Under the pieces are notes generated by a model that did not search any database, had not been told where the DNA came from, and saw nothing but the letters and a program-made list of their open reading frames with translations. Position numbers and translations under genes: made by a program. Shown here piece by piece: positions 32,888 through 47,996 of a stretch of DNA of 64,000 bases; positions within the stretch are counted from its first letter, which is position 1, and each line of letters starts with the position of its first letter. This DNA is from Rebecca billardiae RCC1528 (taxonomy: Eukaryota; Protista; Haptophyta): positions 2,480,001 through 2,544,000 of the forward strand of contig OZ251224.1 in NCBI GenBank assembly GCA_965240325.2. Reading direction: 5' to 3'.

Positions 32888-35683
32888 ATGGCACACCCTC
32901 CCGCCGCACCCCTCGCGGCATTTCTCAAGATGAAGGAGACCGTGGCGATGGCGGACACGGGCACGAAGAGCTCGTCTGACTACACCGGTGAGGTCTCGAC
33001 CGAAGACCTCGAAGCAACACCCGGGGCCAACCCGCGCGACCCAGCCCTCCCGCACGACTTTGACGCCAACGTCGAGGACATGCCCGAGCTGCGGCGCACG
33101 TGGCGCGGCGCGTTCGCGGACAAGGACGTGGAGGCCGCGTATCGCGCGGAGATCCTGTATCCGAGCCTAGGGCGCTGCATGTCGAACGTGCTCTTGGCCA
33201 TGGCGCTGTTCAACAGCCTCTCCTTCGTGGCGCTCAGCACGAAGGAGCTTGCATCCAACTTGAGCATTGAGCGGCACGGCTGGAGCGCAAACGCGCTCGT
33301 GATCGGTGCCCTGACGCAGCTCGGCATCCTGTTCCGCTCCGAGTCGTTCTGCAACGTGCCTCAGAGGCTGATGGAGGCAATCAGCATCGGGACCCTCATC
33401 TGCCTCACCCTCTTCTGGCGCTTCCACCAAATCCTCACGCCGAGTGAGGCGTGCACGACCAACGCAGCGCTCATGCTGCGGCTCGGCGCCTTTGTCGCAC
33501 TCGTGAGCGCGTACGTGCCGCTGACGGTGCCTGCGTTCGGCCTCGTCTGCGGCTGTTCGATCGCCATCGGCGCCGGCCTCGACGCGCACCTGCCCGACGA
33601 AGCCGGCTGGTGCCCGTTCAACCTGGGCGCGCTCGTCATGCTCGGCTTCGCCACCACCGTCTGCCGGTACCACCTCTCCAAGTCGTCGCGCGGCGAGTGG
33701 GCGTTCCGCCGCACGGTCATCCTGGCCCAGCGAGAGCGCAAGCGCGTGCACCGCCGCTTCGAGCACGCGCGCTCCGCGCGCCTCAACGCGCTCCGTGCGC
33801 GCGAGAAGCTCACAGCCGAGGCGTCGCGCGCGGAGGAGGGCAAGCTCGCGCGCGCTCGGCTGATCCGCGTCGTGATGCACGACCTGCGCAGCCCGCTGCT
33901 CTCGGTGCTCAACGTGACCAAGCTGCTGCGCACGGCCGAGGGCGACACGAAGCAGCCCCCCTGCGCCGTCGAGCGCGAGAAGCTGCTCGACGTGCTAGGC
34001 ACGTGCTGCGCGCTCATGGAGAACATCGTCTCGGACATCCTCGACTTTGAGCGCATCGACAGCGGCCGGCTCGTGCTCGTGCGCCAGCCGTTCACGCTCG
34101 AGCGGCTGCTGCACGAGTCGCACGCGACGTTCGAGGGGCTCGCGAAGGAGAAGGGCGTCGTGCTCGTGCCCGCGGCCATCGACCCGCAGCTCGGCCAGAG
34201 CGTGTGGAGCGGCGACAAGTGGCGGCTGCTGCAGTGCCTCAACAACGGCGTGAGCAACGCGATCAAGTTCACCGACCGCGGCGGCGCGGTGTACCTGCGC
34301 TGCTGGCTCGGCACGGACGAGGAGCGGCAGCAGGACGACGGCCTCACGCTCGTGCACATCGCCGTCGTGGACACCGGCACCGGCCTGAGCCCGGGCCAGG
34401 TCGAGCAGCTCAACACGGGCGAGTGCTTCACGCAGGTCGGCTCCGGGCAGCTCCAGGGCCGCGGCGGGACCGGCCTCGGCCTATCCATCAGCAAGTCGGT
34501 GCGGGCCGGCCGCGCGCGCGACACAGCGCACCCGCTAGCCGCGCGTCCGTCCCGCGTCCCGCCCGTCATCCTCGCCCCGCTCCCGCGACCCTCCGTGCCA
34601 CACGCGCGCGCGCGTGCGCGCCCGCAGATCCTCAAGCTGCACGACTCCTCCGAGCTGGTCGTCTCCTCGCCCGGCGAGGGCATGGGCTCGACCTTCGAGA
34701 TGCGGCTGTACCTGCAGCCGTCGACGCAGCCCGTGCCGACGCGCGCGATGGACGAGCACATGGCGCGCGGCCGCCAGCGCCAGGACCTCGGCCGCGAGCG
34801 TGTCGCCAACTCCGCCGCCTCGGCCACGCTCGGCGAGCGGCTCTCCGAGCTCGTCGAGAAGGCCACGACCGCGCCGGCCGCGGCCAGCCAGCCTCACGAC
34901 GACGACGCGCACGCGGAGCGGCTGAAGAAGGCGTTGGTGTCGCACGACGCGTCTGTCACGGGGACGCCTCTCGTGATGCCTCCGCTCTTCTGCTGCCTGC
35001 ACGTGGAGGTGAGACGCGCACGCGCCCCGCGCTCGCGCACCAGCCCTGGCTGTCATCCGTGCGCGCGCCATCCGCGCTCACGCGCGCGCCGCGCCGCCGC
35101 CCTGGCGCGTGCGCGCCCACCGCCGCCGCGCGCGACACAGGACGACGCGTTCCTGCAGATGACGCTGCCGCTCACCACGTTCCAGACGGTCGGGGCCAAC
35201 TGGCAGACCGCAGGGCACGGCGAGCGCGCCATCGAGATGGTCAAGGAGCGCGCGGCGCAGGGCCTGCCGCCCTTCGACCTCGTCCTAATGGATAACCAGG
35301 TGCGCACCGCGGGCTGACCGCACGGCCGCGCGCGCGCGGCGTGCAGCTGCTCACGCGCGCTCTCGCCCTGCCCACGCCCGGACAATCAGATGCCGCGCAT
35401 GAACGGCGCGACCGCCGTGCGCCTGCTGCGCGCGAGCGGGTACGAGGGTATCATCATCGGCATGACCGGGGACCCGATCGGCTCGCCCGACCGCTCCGAG
35501 TTCGAGGCGGCCGGGCTGACGGCGTGCATCGAGAAGGACTCGTCCGGCACCGAGTACATCTGCCGCGTGCTGCGCTCGTTCATGGAGCCCATCGCGGCCG
35601 GCAGCAAGCAAGGCAGCTTCAGCAGCGCGGGCGGCAGCGAGCATCGGCGCGAGCGTCGCACGGACGGCTCCGCGTCTCGTTGA
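32888..35683 (+). CDS. Membrane-bound hybrid histidine kinase (multi-TM sensor, HisKA, HATPase_c, receiver; introns 34499-34627, 35009-35140, 35300-35389)
   Basis: H-box MHDLRSPL, DILDFERIDSG, N-box NGVSNAIKFT, G1 DTGTG, G2 GGTGLGLSI and GEGMGSTF. The receiver domain after splicing reads HVE|DD, DLVLMDNQ|MPRMNG, IIGMTG, IEK. Start is 32888 or 32930. Confidence 0.93.
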
Positions 35684-36076
35684 TGGGGCCCACGACGGTG
35701 GCTGCGTCGCTCAGCGCGCTCAGCGTGCAGGAATCGCAGGAACAGGCGCAGGAGTAGGAGTAGCTATAGATAGCAGTATTACAGTGGTAGGCTACAGTTT
35801 ACTATGTTTTAACGTGCACACTTGGTTAGTTGACACGGTTACTAGGCTAGCCAGTACTCAGTAGCTAATGCTGGCTTCTGTAAATTAGATAACAACTGTC
35901 AACTACTATCCGTATCGGACTGGGCATAATGAGAGAGTGAGACGCGGGAGTTCCGATTCAGTCCGGCCGTAGCGGCGCCGCAGGCGGAATATAAGCAGTT
36001 TCAATCTTGATGAACTCGGATGATGTACTCGAGACCGCGTCTAATAGTAATATGACGACTAGCAGTTATGCTGACG

Positions 36077-36425
36077 AATATATATATATATATATATATA
36101 ATTAAGTATATATATATATATATGTATATGTATATTGATGCTGACAATACGCCGGTCACGTGCGGCGCGCAGCCTGACCCGCCTGACAGTGACGATGATG
36201 ATGACGATGATCGATGACGAATTGACGATCGGATGGGGGGTCGGGGCCGGGCCTGGCCTCCGGGCCGCGCCGGCCGACGCCGGCCATGCCGGCGTGGCGC
36301 CTGGCGCTGCGCCCCTTTGGGCGGGCGCTGCCTCGCCGCCCTGCCCCCCCGTGGCGACTGGCGGCCCCAGGCAACCCCTGGGCATATATACAAGTATAGT
36401 CGTCGATCCCGCCAGGTGATGACGT

Positions 36426-36456
<31 letters not shown>

Positions 36457-36470
36457 GCGTGATTATTGAT
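36077..36470. repeat. (TA)n and (GAT)n microsatellite region
   Basis: TA runs at 36077-36135 and a GAT run at about 36426-36456. Confidence 0.9.
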
Positions 36471-36932
36471 CATGAGTGGCAGCGCCCGGGCGCGCTGCAG
36501 TGCAGCGGCGCTGCTTCAGTGGCAACGCCTGACCGTCCGTCCATCATCAAGATGCTGAGTGCTGGTAGCTAGCTGAGCTGGAGCCCTCTAAAGTGTCGCG
36601 CCGGTGAGCAGCATCATCGTCAGCTTTGACGATGACGAGCGCTTATTGAATACATAAGCGTTGATGACGCGATGACGATGACGAATATATACGCACGACA
36701 TCAGCATAGTAGTACGTTCATATCGACATCATCGTCCCGCGCCGCCGGTTCGGTCTTCCTTAGAGTCTTTGGATGACGTACGGACTACGGTGAAACTTTA
36801 AACTATGCTGAATATGATGATAGCAGCAGATGTACCCATCGTCATACTATACTGATGAACGTCATGCATCGTCATACGCATACATATGACGACGATGACA
36901 CGCCAGCCACCCATTAGTCATTGTCAGCCTCG

Positions 36933-37796
36933 TCAGAAGAGCTGGTCGCAGCGCGCGCTGCACACGGCGCACGCGCGCGCGCGTGGTAGCGCCGGCGGCT
37001 GCCACGCGCCGCCGTCGAGCGACCTCGCCATCCGGTGCGAGCACACGGCGCAGTGCCAGCAGCGCGCGCCGTCAATCAGCCGCATCGTCGCCGCGCAGCG
37101 CGCGAGCGGCGTGCCCGCGCGCGTGCGCACGCGCACAGCGAGCAGCGCGGCGGGCTCATACACGTCGTCGGCGTCGGCGTCCTCTGCGCCGCGCGCGCCG
37201 TCGGCCGCGCACGGTGCGTCGGACGCGCGCGCTCGGACTCGGACCAGCCCGGTCGGCTCGGCCGCGCCCGACGCGAGCGCGCGCACGCGCGCCGCGCCTT
37301 CGTCGTCGTGGCTCAGTGCGAACACGCGCGCGGCGAGCTCGAGCGCGCGCTCGCGCTCGGCGCGGCTGAGCTGCCGGATGGGGCGCGCCGGGGCCGTGCT
37401 CGCACCGCGCGCGGCGTCACAGGCCGGCGCGCCGCCGTCGGCCGCAGGCGCGCCGGCCGACGGCGGCGGCTGCGCGCCTGGCCCCGAGATTGTGATCTCG
37501 CACGCCCAGTCAGCGCACGCGAGCGCGGCGGGCTGCAGCGCGCGCGCGCGCGGCTCGGCCGCGCCGCGCGCCGCCTCGTCGCAGTACGCGCGCATCTGCG
37601 CGCACGCGTTCCGCGCCAGCACGCGCAGCTTGAGGGCACGCAGCGCGCCGTCCATGCGCACGCTCATCTCGCGGTGGAAGCTTCTCGCCCACAGCCCCAG
37701 AAGCTTCTCGACGTTCTGCGGAAGGCTCTCGCCGAGCTGGATCGCGGCGGGCAGGCCGTTGTCGTCGAGGACGCGCTGCGCGCCGAGGGCGCTGTG

Positions 37797-37829
<33 letters not shown>

Positions 37830-40199
37830 CGCTATCGTGTCGACGCGCCGCGCGCAGTGCAGCAGCAGCTGCAGAGCCAGCCGCTCCCGCGCCGCCGCGC
37901 GCTCGTCCGCGTGCGCGCCGCTCGCGCCGTCCGAGGCGCGCGCTGCGTGCGGCTGCGCCGCCGCAGCGCTCGCGCCGACACCGTCCGCGAGCTCGCTGGC
38001 CAGCTCGAGCGCCGCAGCGTTGAGCGCCCACGGGAGTTCAACGCGCGCGCGCAGCGCAGCCGTGTCCTGCGCCCCTCCGCCGCCACCGCCGCCGCCACCC
38101 CGCTGTAGGTGTGCCACGACCAGAGCCACCGTGTCACCCACGTTCACGCCAGCGCCGCGCGGCCGCTCCGAGGCGGCGAGCAGCGCTTCGCGCGCGAGCT
38201 CCACAGACGAGCGGTGAAGCGTGTGCAGGAGATGTCTCTGCGCCGCGCCGTCGCGCCCATTCGCGCCCGCGCCGGCGTGGGCGGGCGCGGCGCCGCGCGC
38301 GGCCGAGGGGTCGCTCGCGCCCGCCGCTGCGGCGTGGCCGCCGGGCGGCGCGGAGACGGGAGCCTCACTCGGTCGAGAGACGGGGGTTGCCAGCCCGCGC
38401 GCGGCGGCGCCGGGCAGCAGAGGGTGAGCCATCAGCTGCAGCGACGCCTTGCGCTCGCGCGATTCGCCGAGCACGGGCCTGAGCGGCTTAGGCAGCGCGC
38501 ACACGCACGCCACGAGCGCGCCGCCACTCGGCGACGGTGCGAGGGCACGCACAGGTCGCTGCCGCGCGGGTGCCAGCCGCATCAGTGCGCGCAGAGCGGG
38601 CGTCGACGCGCCCTCGGCGTGCGGCGCAGGCGCGTGGCTCACACCCCACACCGTCATCGAGCCGTCGAGCCCACCGCTGAGCACGAGCAGGTTGGGGCCG
38701 CGCCCACACAGCGCGAGCGCACTGACCACCGCCGCGCCAGCGCCGCACTCGGCCGCGGGCTCGGGGACGCAGCTCCCGGCAGCAGCGGCCGAGCTCGCGT
38801 AGTACTGCTCATCCGCGTGCCGCGCGCCGCCTGCCGAGTGCCGAGCCCAAGCGAACGGCGAGGGCATGGCCGCCGCTGGCCCGGCCTCGCCCATCCTCAC
38901 GTCCCCGTCCGGTCGGCCGGCCGCGCAGCCCGCCGGCGCGCGTGCGCTCGCGGCAGCGCACACGCCCGCGTGCGCGCCCCGTGCCGCCACGATCAGCCTC
39001 GGGGCTTCGCTGCTCGCCAGTTGCGAAACCTCCTGAGCCGCGGGCGCGCAGAGACGCGAGGGCTCGCTCGGCTCGAGCGTCGGCCGCGGCACCTCCGCGC
39101 TGTCGCGCGACTCAGCAGCGTGCCCCTGCGCGCCGTTTGCGCCGACCGCGCCATCGGCCGCGGCTGCATCGGCAGCCCCCCGCCAAGCCGCGCCGCTCGC
39201 GCCTCCGCGCGCGCTCGCGCGCCCCTCAGGCGCACCGGACACGCGGAGGGTCCAGCTGAGAACGGAGCCGTCCGAGCCACCGGCCACGAGTGTGTACGGA
39301 GCGTGCGCGGGCGCGGAGGCGGGCGGCGCCACCCAGCACAGGCTGCTCGTCCACTCGGTGCCCGCGGTGCGCGCGCCACCATCCGCGGCACGCGGCCACC
39401 GGAGTCGCGCGGCGTAGCTGAACCGCCGCTGCAAGCTGAGACGCACACCCTCGCCCTTGCCCTCGCCCTCATCCTCCTCGCCCTCCTCCTCCTCATCATC
39501 GCCGAGCTCGTGCAGCAGCGCGTGCGCCGCCTCGGAGCGGTGGAGCGGCTCCTCGGCCGCGGCGCACGTGAGCACGTGCACGCCTGACTTGGTGCCGAGC
39601 GCGAGCAGCGTGCAGACGCGCGTGCCAGGCAGCTGCACGGCGCGCGCGCACCACGCAGCGCAGCGAACGTGCGCTGCAGCGGGTCGCGGCCGACGCCGGG
39701 CGCTCTGCTGACGCGAGCGGCGCTGCTCGTCGGCAGTGGCGGCGCCGGTGGGGCCCGTGCCGATAAGCAGCGATGGCTCGGCGACCAAGGTGCCCCGCTC
39801 CACGATGGCGAGCGCGGGCGGACGGTACAGCACGGCACGCCCCGAGAATGTCACCACGAGCAGCGCGCAAGCGCCGTCCGCGGCCACGGCCGGAGGGCTC
39901 CAGCAGAGGGCGCGGACCTCGGTCGACGTCGCGGCGTGCAGAGCATGCAGCTGGGGACGCGCCACGACGAAGTCGTCATCATCGGAGCCTGGCTGCGCCC
40001 GGCCCTCGACGTCGAGCACAGGCTCGACGAATGCGCTCGGTCCCTCGTGCACGCGTGCGCCGTTGAAGAGCAGCACCTTGTCGTCGAGCGCGACGGCGAG
40101 CACGTCGTCCGCCGACCATGCCGCTGCGTCCGCAAAGTTGGGCGTGCCCTGCAGCGACGACTCCGAGATAACCGGCCACGGCGGGGCATCCGCGCTCAT
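36933..40199 (-). CDS. GTF3C4: Transcription factor IIIC subunit delta (GTF3C4/TFIIIC90-like): WD-like N-terminus and C-terminal zinc finger
   Basis: AAWSADDVLAVA and RALCWSPP..CALLVVTFSGRAVLY resemble TFIIIC_delta; RCAATMRLI..CWHCAVC...CAVC resembles zf-TFIIIC. Likely ATG at 40199; the ORF extension to 40757 is inside a TIR. Confidence 0.75.
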
Positions 40200-40354
40200 G
40201 ACCAGGCGCACCGGCTTCAAGCAGCGGAAGACCCGGGCTCTCGATCTCACGGCATCAGCTGCCCACCGCCCAACGATCGATCTGAGATCACTGCCGACTC
40301 GCCAGCGCTGGGCACCGACGCCATTGTGCAGTGCGCAAGTGTGCACCGGCAAGG

Positions 40355-42374
40355 TAGCCTGTCCGGCCCCCCTCCGCTGGCTACGGGGGGCCTGCCGAAA
40401 GTCTGCTCTAGCGGGACCCCCGCGCACTGGGGCTGCACTGGGCGCGAGCTCGGCGGGGACGTGGCGAGCGGGTCGGTGCGCGCCGCGGGCTGGGTGCGCG
40501 ATTTTACCAACGTATCGGTCGATCTGACCCTTCCCGTCGCGCCGCTCTTGCCCTCGCGGCCTCTCTTCCCCCCAACACGGGTGCGCGCAGCCGCTCGAAC
40601 AGCCTGGCTGCAGGTCTTTCACAGACGGCGGGCCGCGTGCAACCTGCGCGGGTGAAGAGGGGTGGCTTGTTGCGTGGTTGCGTGGCTGACGCTCATATGT
40701 GGCCTTGCGAGCCTTTGTGTGCGAGGTTACTTGCCCACATCCGCTCTCGCGTGTCATGCGCGCGTGTAACGTACACCATCGGATCTCCGCTGCGCTTGCG
40801 CTTGTCCATCTGCTGCCAGCTGGGCCAGCGTGGGGCCACTGCAGGCACTAAGACGGTGACGCCATATCGTTGACATGTTATGTCGCATGCTTGTGGCCTT
40901 CGTCTTTGCCATCTGCGTGCTTGATATTGAAGGCAGTGCTTCTGGCAGGTGCATTCCTGAAGTTGCCCGTCGAGTCACCCTCGGCTCCCGCGTCACTGTG
41001 TTACACAGACTCACAGCTCCGGTGCGAGAGGGGAATCATCAAGCATCGTCGCCCGCATGCTTGTGGCGTACAAGCACGCTCCGAGCGGGCAGGCTGCCGT
41101 CCCGTTCTCCGACGCAACGCGCCACAAGGTCATGTCGTTAGCGTGGCCGGGTTTAAAATTAAATCCACTGCGATGAATAAAATATTAATAAAAGAAACGA
41201 ATATTGAGCAACCCCGCCCGCCGGCCAGGCCGACTACCTCCCCCACGGCTAGGGTGAGCGCCATCCCCGACCGCACCGGCGGCTGGCGAGAGCATCCACG
41301 CAGACTACTCTCACTAGCTTACTGCATCAACTCGGACCGTCACTCGTCAGCCGGGACCGACGGCGGCAACGGCGTGACGACCGACGACTGCAAGTCACAG
41401 CGGCATCTCAGTGATCAGCATCGGCGACGACTCCCTCATCCGCGGCTAACGCGCTCACATCCTCCGCCTCCAATCAGTACTTCGACAGACGAATCAGGAG
41501 AGCTGCGTCCTCATGCCTGGTGTGTCTTTAAATCCTAGAATTGTCAGAGTACAGTAGCGCTGTAGTGCAGCAGCGGCAGCAGGAGAGTGCGCACACCGCG
41601 CCGGCGACGTGGACAAGCCGACGCTTGATCTAGTACGTTGCTGACTTCATCTGCCATCCGATGATCAGCCGTGCGGTGCCCCATCACCCAAGCTATCCTG
41701 GGCACTGGCCTCTCAGCCTGGCGCGATGCCCGTCGTCACAGGTTGACACGAATGACGAGTCAGATGCCCATGTCGTTTTGGCTGCTGGACTCCGCTTCAC
41801 AGTGCACACCTCCAGTGGACGGGAGGAACGTAACGCAGCGCGCGCACTTGCACTCGCCTGGATGCGAGCCCGTCAGAATGTCGACGATCTCGCGCGCGAC
41901 GTGGATAGCCAGTGGCAGTGGCCTCGGCTGCTGCAAGGCGGGTCGCATACGGCATAGTGTTCGTTGCACGCGCGCATGACACGCGAGAGCAGATGTGGGC
42001 TAGTAACCTCGCACACAAAGGCTCGCAAGGCCACACACGGGCGTCAGCCGCGTAACCACGCAACAAGCCACCCCTCTTCACCCGCGCAGGTTGCACGCGG
42101 CCTGCCGTCTGTGAACGACCTGCAGCCAGGCTGTTCAAGCGTCTGCGCGCACCCGTGTTGGGGGGAAGAGAGGCCGCGAGGGCAAGAGCGGCGCGACGGG
42201 GAGGGTCAGGTCGACCGATACGTTGGTAAAATCGCGCACCCAGCCCACGGCGCGCGCCGACCCGCTCGCCACGTCCCCGCCGAGCTCGCGCCCGGAACGA
42301 CCCCAGTGCGCGGGGGTCCCGCTAGAGCAGACTTTCGGCAGCCTCTACACAGCAGTGTAGAGTCGGACAGCCTA
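40355..42374. mobile_element. Non-autonomous Mutator-like element with ~420-bp TIRs and probable 9-bp TSD (CCGGCAAGG)
   Basis: 40392-40779 is an inverted copy of 41954-42341. Outer ends are TAGCCTGTCCG / CGGACAGCCTA, with CCGGCAAGG at 40346-40354 and 42375-42383. A 5- or 7-bp TSD is also possible if the TIR includes flanking G/C. Confidence 0.8.
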
Positions 42375-42422
42375 CCGGCAAGGGCCAACGACGGCTCGGA
42401 AGTTCGGGCGAGATATCGAAAG

Positions 42423-43909
42423 ATGGCGCGTCGCCGATGCGCGCTGTGCGCGCTCGCGCTCGTGCTCGCACTGGCGGCGCCGCGCGCGGGCAGCGCGCGC
42501 GGGCGCGGCGGCTCGATGTGGCGCGACTTTGCCACCTTCAACTCGGGCACGTGGCGCGGGCGCTGCACGCGCGTGCACCCGCAGACAGCGGAGCCATCCT
42601 ACCCAGCGCTCAGCTATTTCACAGATGTCGACGCGGGCGGCGAGCCGTACGCGTGCACGATGCGCACGGCGCTGATTGCGGACACGGCGGGCGCGGCAGC
42701 AAGTAGTGCGTGTGAGTGCGTGCAGGAGGTCAGCTTCGGTGCCCTCGCCGACGTCGACCTCGACGGCACGTTCTCGACAGAGTACGGCGAAGACGACGGC
42801 GCCGCCGAGCTCGTCCGCCTGCTGCGCGGCGGCGGCAGCGGCGGCGGCGACGGGCCGGCCGACGTGCGCGTGCTGGAGCACTCGATCGCCGCGTCGGATG
42901 ACGCGCGTGTGCGCTGCCTCCTCGTGTACGCGCGCGCCGGGGGCGAGCTGCACGACGTGCTTCTGCTCGATGAGGTGCGCGTGCCGAGCGGCGCGCCGCG
43001 CGACGACACGCCCGAGCCAAGGGCCGCGGCGGCGTGCACCCTCGGCAGCCTGCTTGGCGTGTGGCGAGGCGACGCGTGCATCCGGCAGCGGCGCGAGGAC
43101 GCCGCGGCCGACGCGCCGCGCGGCTTCGGCCCGAAGAAGCCGCCGCCGCCGCCGCTCGAGCGCGTGAGCGTCAACGTCTGCAAGACGTCTGTCGGTTACT
43201 CGTGGGACGGCCGCGAGCTCGTCATCCGCTCGCTCGGCTTCACGTCGTTCGGGGGCGAGGTGCTCGACTCGATCACCTCGACGGGCCAGCTGCGCTCGCA
43301 CGAGGGCCGCTTCGGCGCGCACGAGAGCGTCGTCTTCACCAACGGCGGCGCTGATGGCCCCGCGCCCGGCGCGGACGCGGACGCGCCTCGGCTGCTGCTG
43401 CTGCCCGCCGGTGCATTCGTCCTCGCGCCCTCCAGGCTGGGCGCGGAAGCTGAGCCGTTCTCCACCGAGTTTGGCCTGCTGCTCGAGAGCGGCGAGAGCT
43501 TCGGCATGATGGTGCGCGCGCGTACACGCCGGCCTTGCGCGCGCTTGCCCTCCCGAACGTACTGCTGCCAGCACTGCTGCCAGCGTCGCGCCGCGCGACC
43601 ATAGCGCGGCGGGCTAGCTGTGCGCGCGCTGCTCGCGTGCCGTGGACTCACAGCGCTGTGGTGCGTGGCCGCGCGCGCGCTCGCCAACCTCCGCGACCGC
43701 AGGGCTACATCGACGAGGCCGATGAGCCTTCCGATCCAGATCTGGCGCGGGGCGACGGCGATGATGCGCCTGTGAGCACTGAGATCCAATCGCCGTCCGA
43801 CCAGGCGTGTGCGGGTGCACCACGCATGGCGCGCTCGCAGCGCCTGTACGCCACGCGCACCCGCCTGCACAGCGGCACGACGAGCTTGTGCTCGGCGTTC
43901 GGCTCGTAG
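42423..43909 (+). CDS. DUF3598/BFA1-like two-barrel protein with N-terminal signal peptide (intron 43512-43702)
   Basis: MWRDFATFNSGTWRG, second domain LLGVWRG, LLLLPAGAFVLAP..EPFSTEFGLL and terminal RSQRLY fit DUF3598. Hydrophobic leader CALCALALVLALAA. Confidence 0.7.
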
Positions 43910-44594
43910 CCCAGGCTCGCCGTTCGCACAGTGTCGCGATGATGAGTGACGGTGAACCTCGCGTCAATGATGTTCACCGATGAGCGGCCAACTGTCGTCT
44001 CAGAGTCAGAGCTAGTTAGTCAGTTACTGAGGTTACGGTACTTAGTATATTACTAGTAAGTATTCAGAAGCGAATTCGATGAATACTGCATGCGCTGCTG
44101 AAGTTCGATCGATTATTCGCAGCAACTTTACAGCGTGACACTGACAGACTCCCGCAGTAGTAAGTGTGACGCGCCGTGAGCCACGGCCTTGGCCTTGCGT
44201 GAGCAGGCGTGACACTGACCGCGTCCGCCGTTCACCCGAACGATGCCACCGAGCCGGCCAATAACCGTAGTCGTAGTCTAGTTAGCTAGCAGTCATCGTA
44301 CGGCAGCTTATAATAGCAGCGGTGAGTCTGACTCTCCCTCTCTCTCGATTCTCATTAGCAGCTGACTCAAGCCCAAGGCCGCGGCTCCTAGCGGGGGCTA
44401 GCATGCTCAGGACTAGCGCGCGGCTCTCGCCCGCCCGCGTGCGCTCAGTGCAGTCAGTAGTGCTCACGCTGTGACAACTCGGTCGGTACTCTCTGGTATG
44501 CTGCGACAGTACGGCCGTATCGGAGCTAGGCGCAGTACAGTACTTAAACTGCTTAGTAGCCTAAGACCAGTAGTCATAGTCATGGAGCAGCTCA

Positions 44595-44596
<2 letters not shown>

Positions 44597-44635
<39 letters not shown>

Positions 44636-44735
44636 TTTCCGTAGGTTCTCATAGTAGGCGGAAGGTTTGGTGGCAATAATAAGTACGCGGTTTTCCGTAG
44701 CAGGTTCTCATAGGCGGAAGGTTTGGTGGCAAGTA
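44597..44735. repeat. (TA)n followed by a ~40-bp direct duplication
   Basis: TTTCCGTAG..GTTCTCATAG..GCGGAAGGTTTGGTGGCAA at about 44636 and 44692. Confidence 0.85.
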
Positions 44736-44878
44736 AGCGGTTCCCACATCAAAGATTGGAGATCGCGCGCGCGAACAATGTCGTATTTGCCAATACGGTA
44801 GAGGAGTCGGGGGGGGGGGAGCATCAGGTAAAAGTGTGTTGAGCGTACGCCATCGTCACGACGGCTACTGGCTAGCTC

Positions 44879-47770
<2,892 letters not shown>

Positions 47771-47996
47771 GCCCAGTCAGCCCAGAGGCGCAGCGCGACG
47801 AGAGGCGCGCGCAACCGGATGCCGCCGCGTCGTCGGCTGCATTCTGAGAAGGCGGGGCCTATTTTACACTCTACGTCGCCTGCCTGCAGAGCTGTGTGCG
47901 TCTCTTTTCTTAGTAAACTGTACCCCCATACAGTTTACTATGATTTAACGTGCACACTTGGTTATGGCGTGATTAACAGTCCTACCTTTTTAAATT

